Positions 15,657 to 16,000 of a stretch of 16,000 nucleotides of DNA are shown here, piece after piece. The notes below the pieces were generated by a model, which saw only the letters and a list, made by a program, of their open reading frames with translations, did not search any database and was not told the DNA's origin. The translations under genes were made by a program, and so were the position numbers. Location: positions 1-16,000 of the forward strand of contig CBFDTI010000029.1 in NCBI GenBank assembly GCA_965612795.1, read 5' to 3'. Within the stretch, counting starts at the first letter, position 1. Each line of letters opens with the position of its first letter. The DNA is from an uncultured bacterium (GTDB lineage Bacteria > Hydrothermota > UBA3073 > NMUJ01).

Positions 15657-16000
15657 AGGGGTTCAAGTTTCACAAGTGGTATGATCATCTCCTGTAATGA
15701 TATGCCACCATGTTGGAACAGGAACTTATATCGCTTTTCATACACATCGGGATGTGTGGGGTATATGAAGAAATAGTCTTCTTTCGCGATAGCGAACTTC
15801 ATATTTTCAGGTGCTAACTTGTATTCACGTGGCTCATTTATGAGCATAGCGGCTCGTTTGTCTTCAACCTTTATGAAACGATCGTATTTGTACCGTAAGC
15901 TTGGTGATATGTGTTCACCACCATAGATTTTGACCCCCTTTCTACCAAGTATTGCACCATGATCTGTGGTTAGAAATATTGCATAACCGCGGCTATGTAA
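15653..16000 (-). CDS. 3' end of a PorX-like PglZ/alkaline-phosphatase-superfamily protein (partial)
   Basis: Frame open to the window edge: LHSRGYAIFLTTDHGAILGRKGVKIYGGEHISPSLRYKY...AKEDYFFIYP...[30 protein letters not shown] and FQHGGISxxEM match the PorX C-terminal PglZ domain. ATGA overlap with nadD. Confidence 0.82.
   Translation of the reverse strand, partial: LHSRGYAIFLTTDHGAILGRKGVKIYGGEHISPSLRYKYDRFIKVEDKRAAMLINEPREYKLAPENMKFAIAKEDYFFIYPTHPDVYEKRYKFLFQHGGISLQEMIIPLVKLEPL

Noticed and set aside
15653..16000. BREX defence system suggested by a PglZ domain
   Set aside because: The sequence matches the PorX-type C-terminus and is coupled to housekeeping nadD; no brx genes are visible.
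1..16000. tRNA, rRNA, CRISPR array, IS or integrase
   Set aside because: Nearly all sequence is protein-coding, intergenic gaps are under about 190 nt, and I saw no repeat-spacer pattern, cloverleaf or transposase motif.

Overview
Dense bacterial chromosomal window with no RNA genes, CRISPR or mobile-element genes that I can see. The host is probably an anaerobic diderm, since DnaK has the diderm N-terminal insert and a PorX-like gene suggests FCB affinity. Left to right: a minus-strand rpmB - DUF362/ferredoxin - priA unit (priA runs off the left edge with degenerate helicase motifs); a DUF192 gene; etfB plus a ferredoxin-fused etfA with no partner dehydrogenase; an 11-gene minus-strand sulfur cluster (Rrf2/IscR-like regulator, cysK, cysE, iscS, YHS protein, rseC-like, iscU, rhodanese with a lipoprotein-like N-terminus, ThiF/MoeB E1, TtuB/SAMP-like GG-ending carrier, nadA); grpE-dnaK-dnaJ; nadD; and the 3' end of a PorX-like PglZ-domain gene. 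Most notable: the combined Cys-synthesis / Fe-S / ubiquitin-like sulfur-relay operon, an E1 lacking the crossover-loop Cys, a CysK with an in-frame deletion at an AEEI repeat, a pseudohelicase-like PriA, and two secreted-protein genes whose best start codon is out of frame. All family assignments are by motif recognition, not database search.
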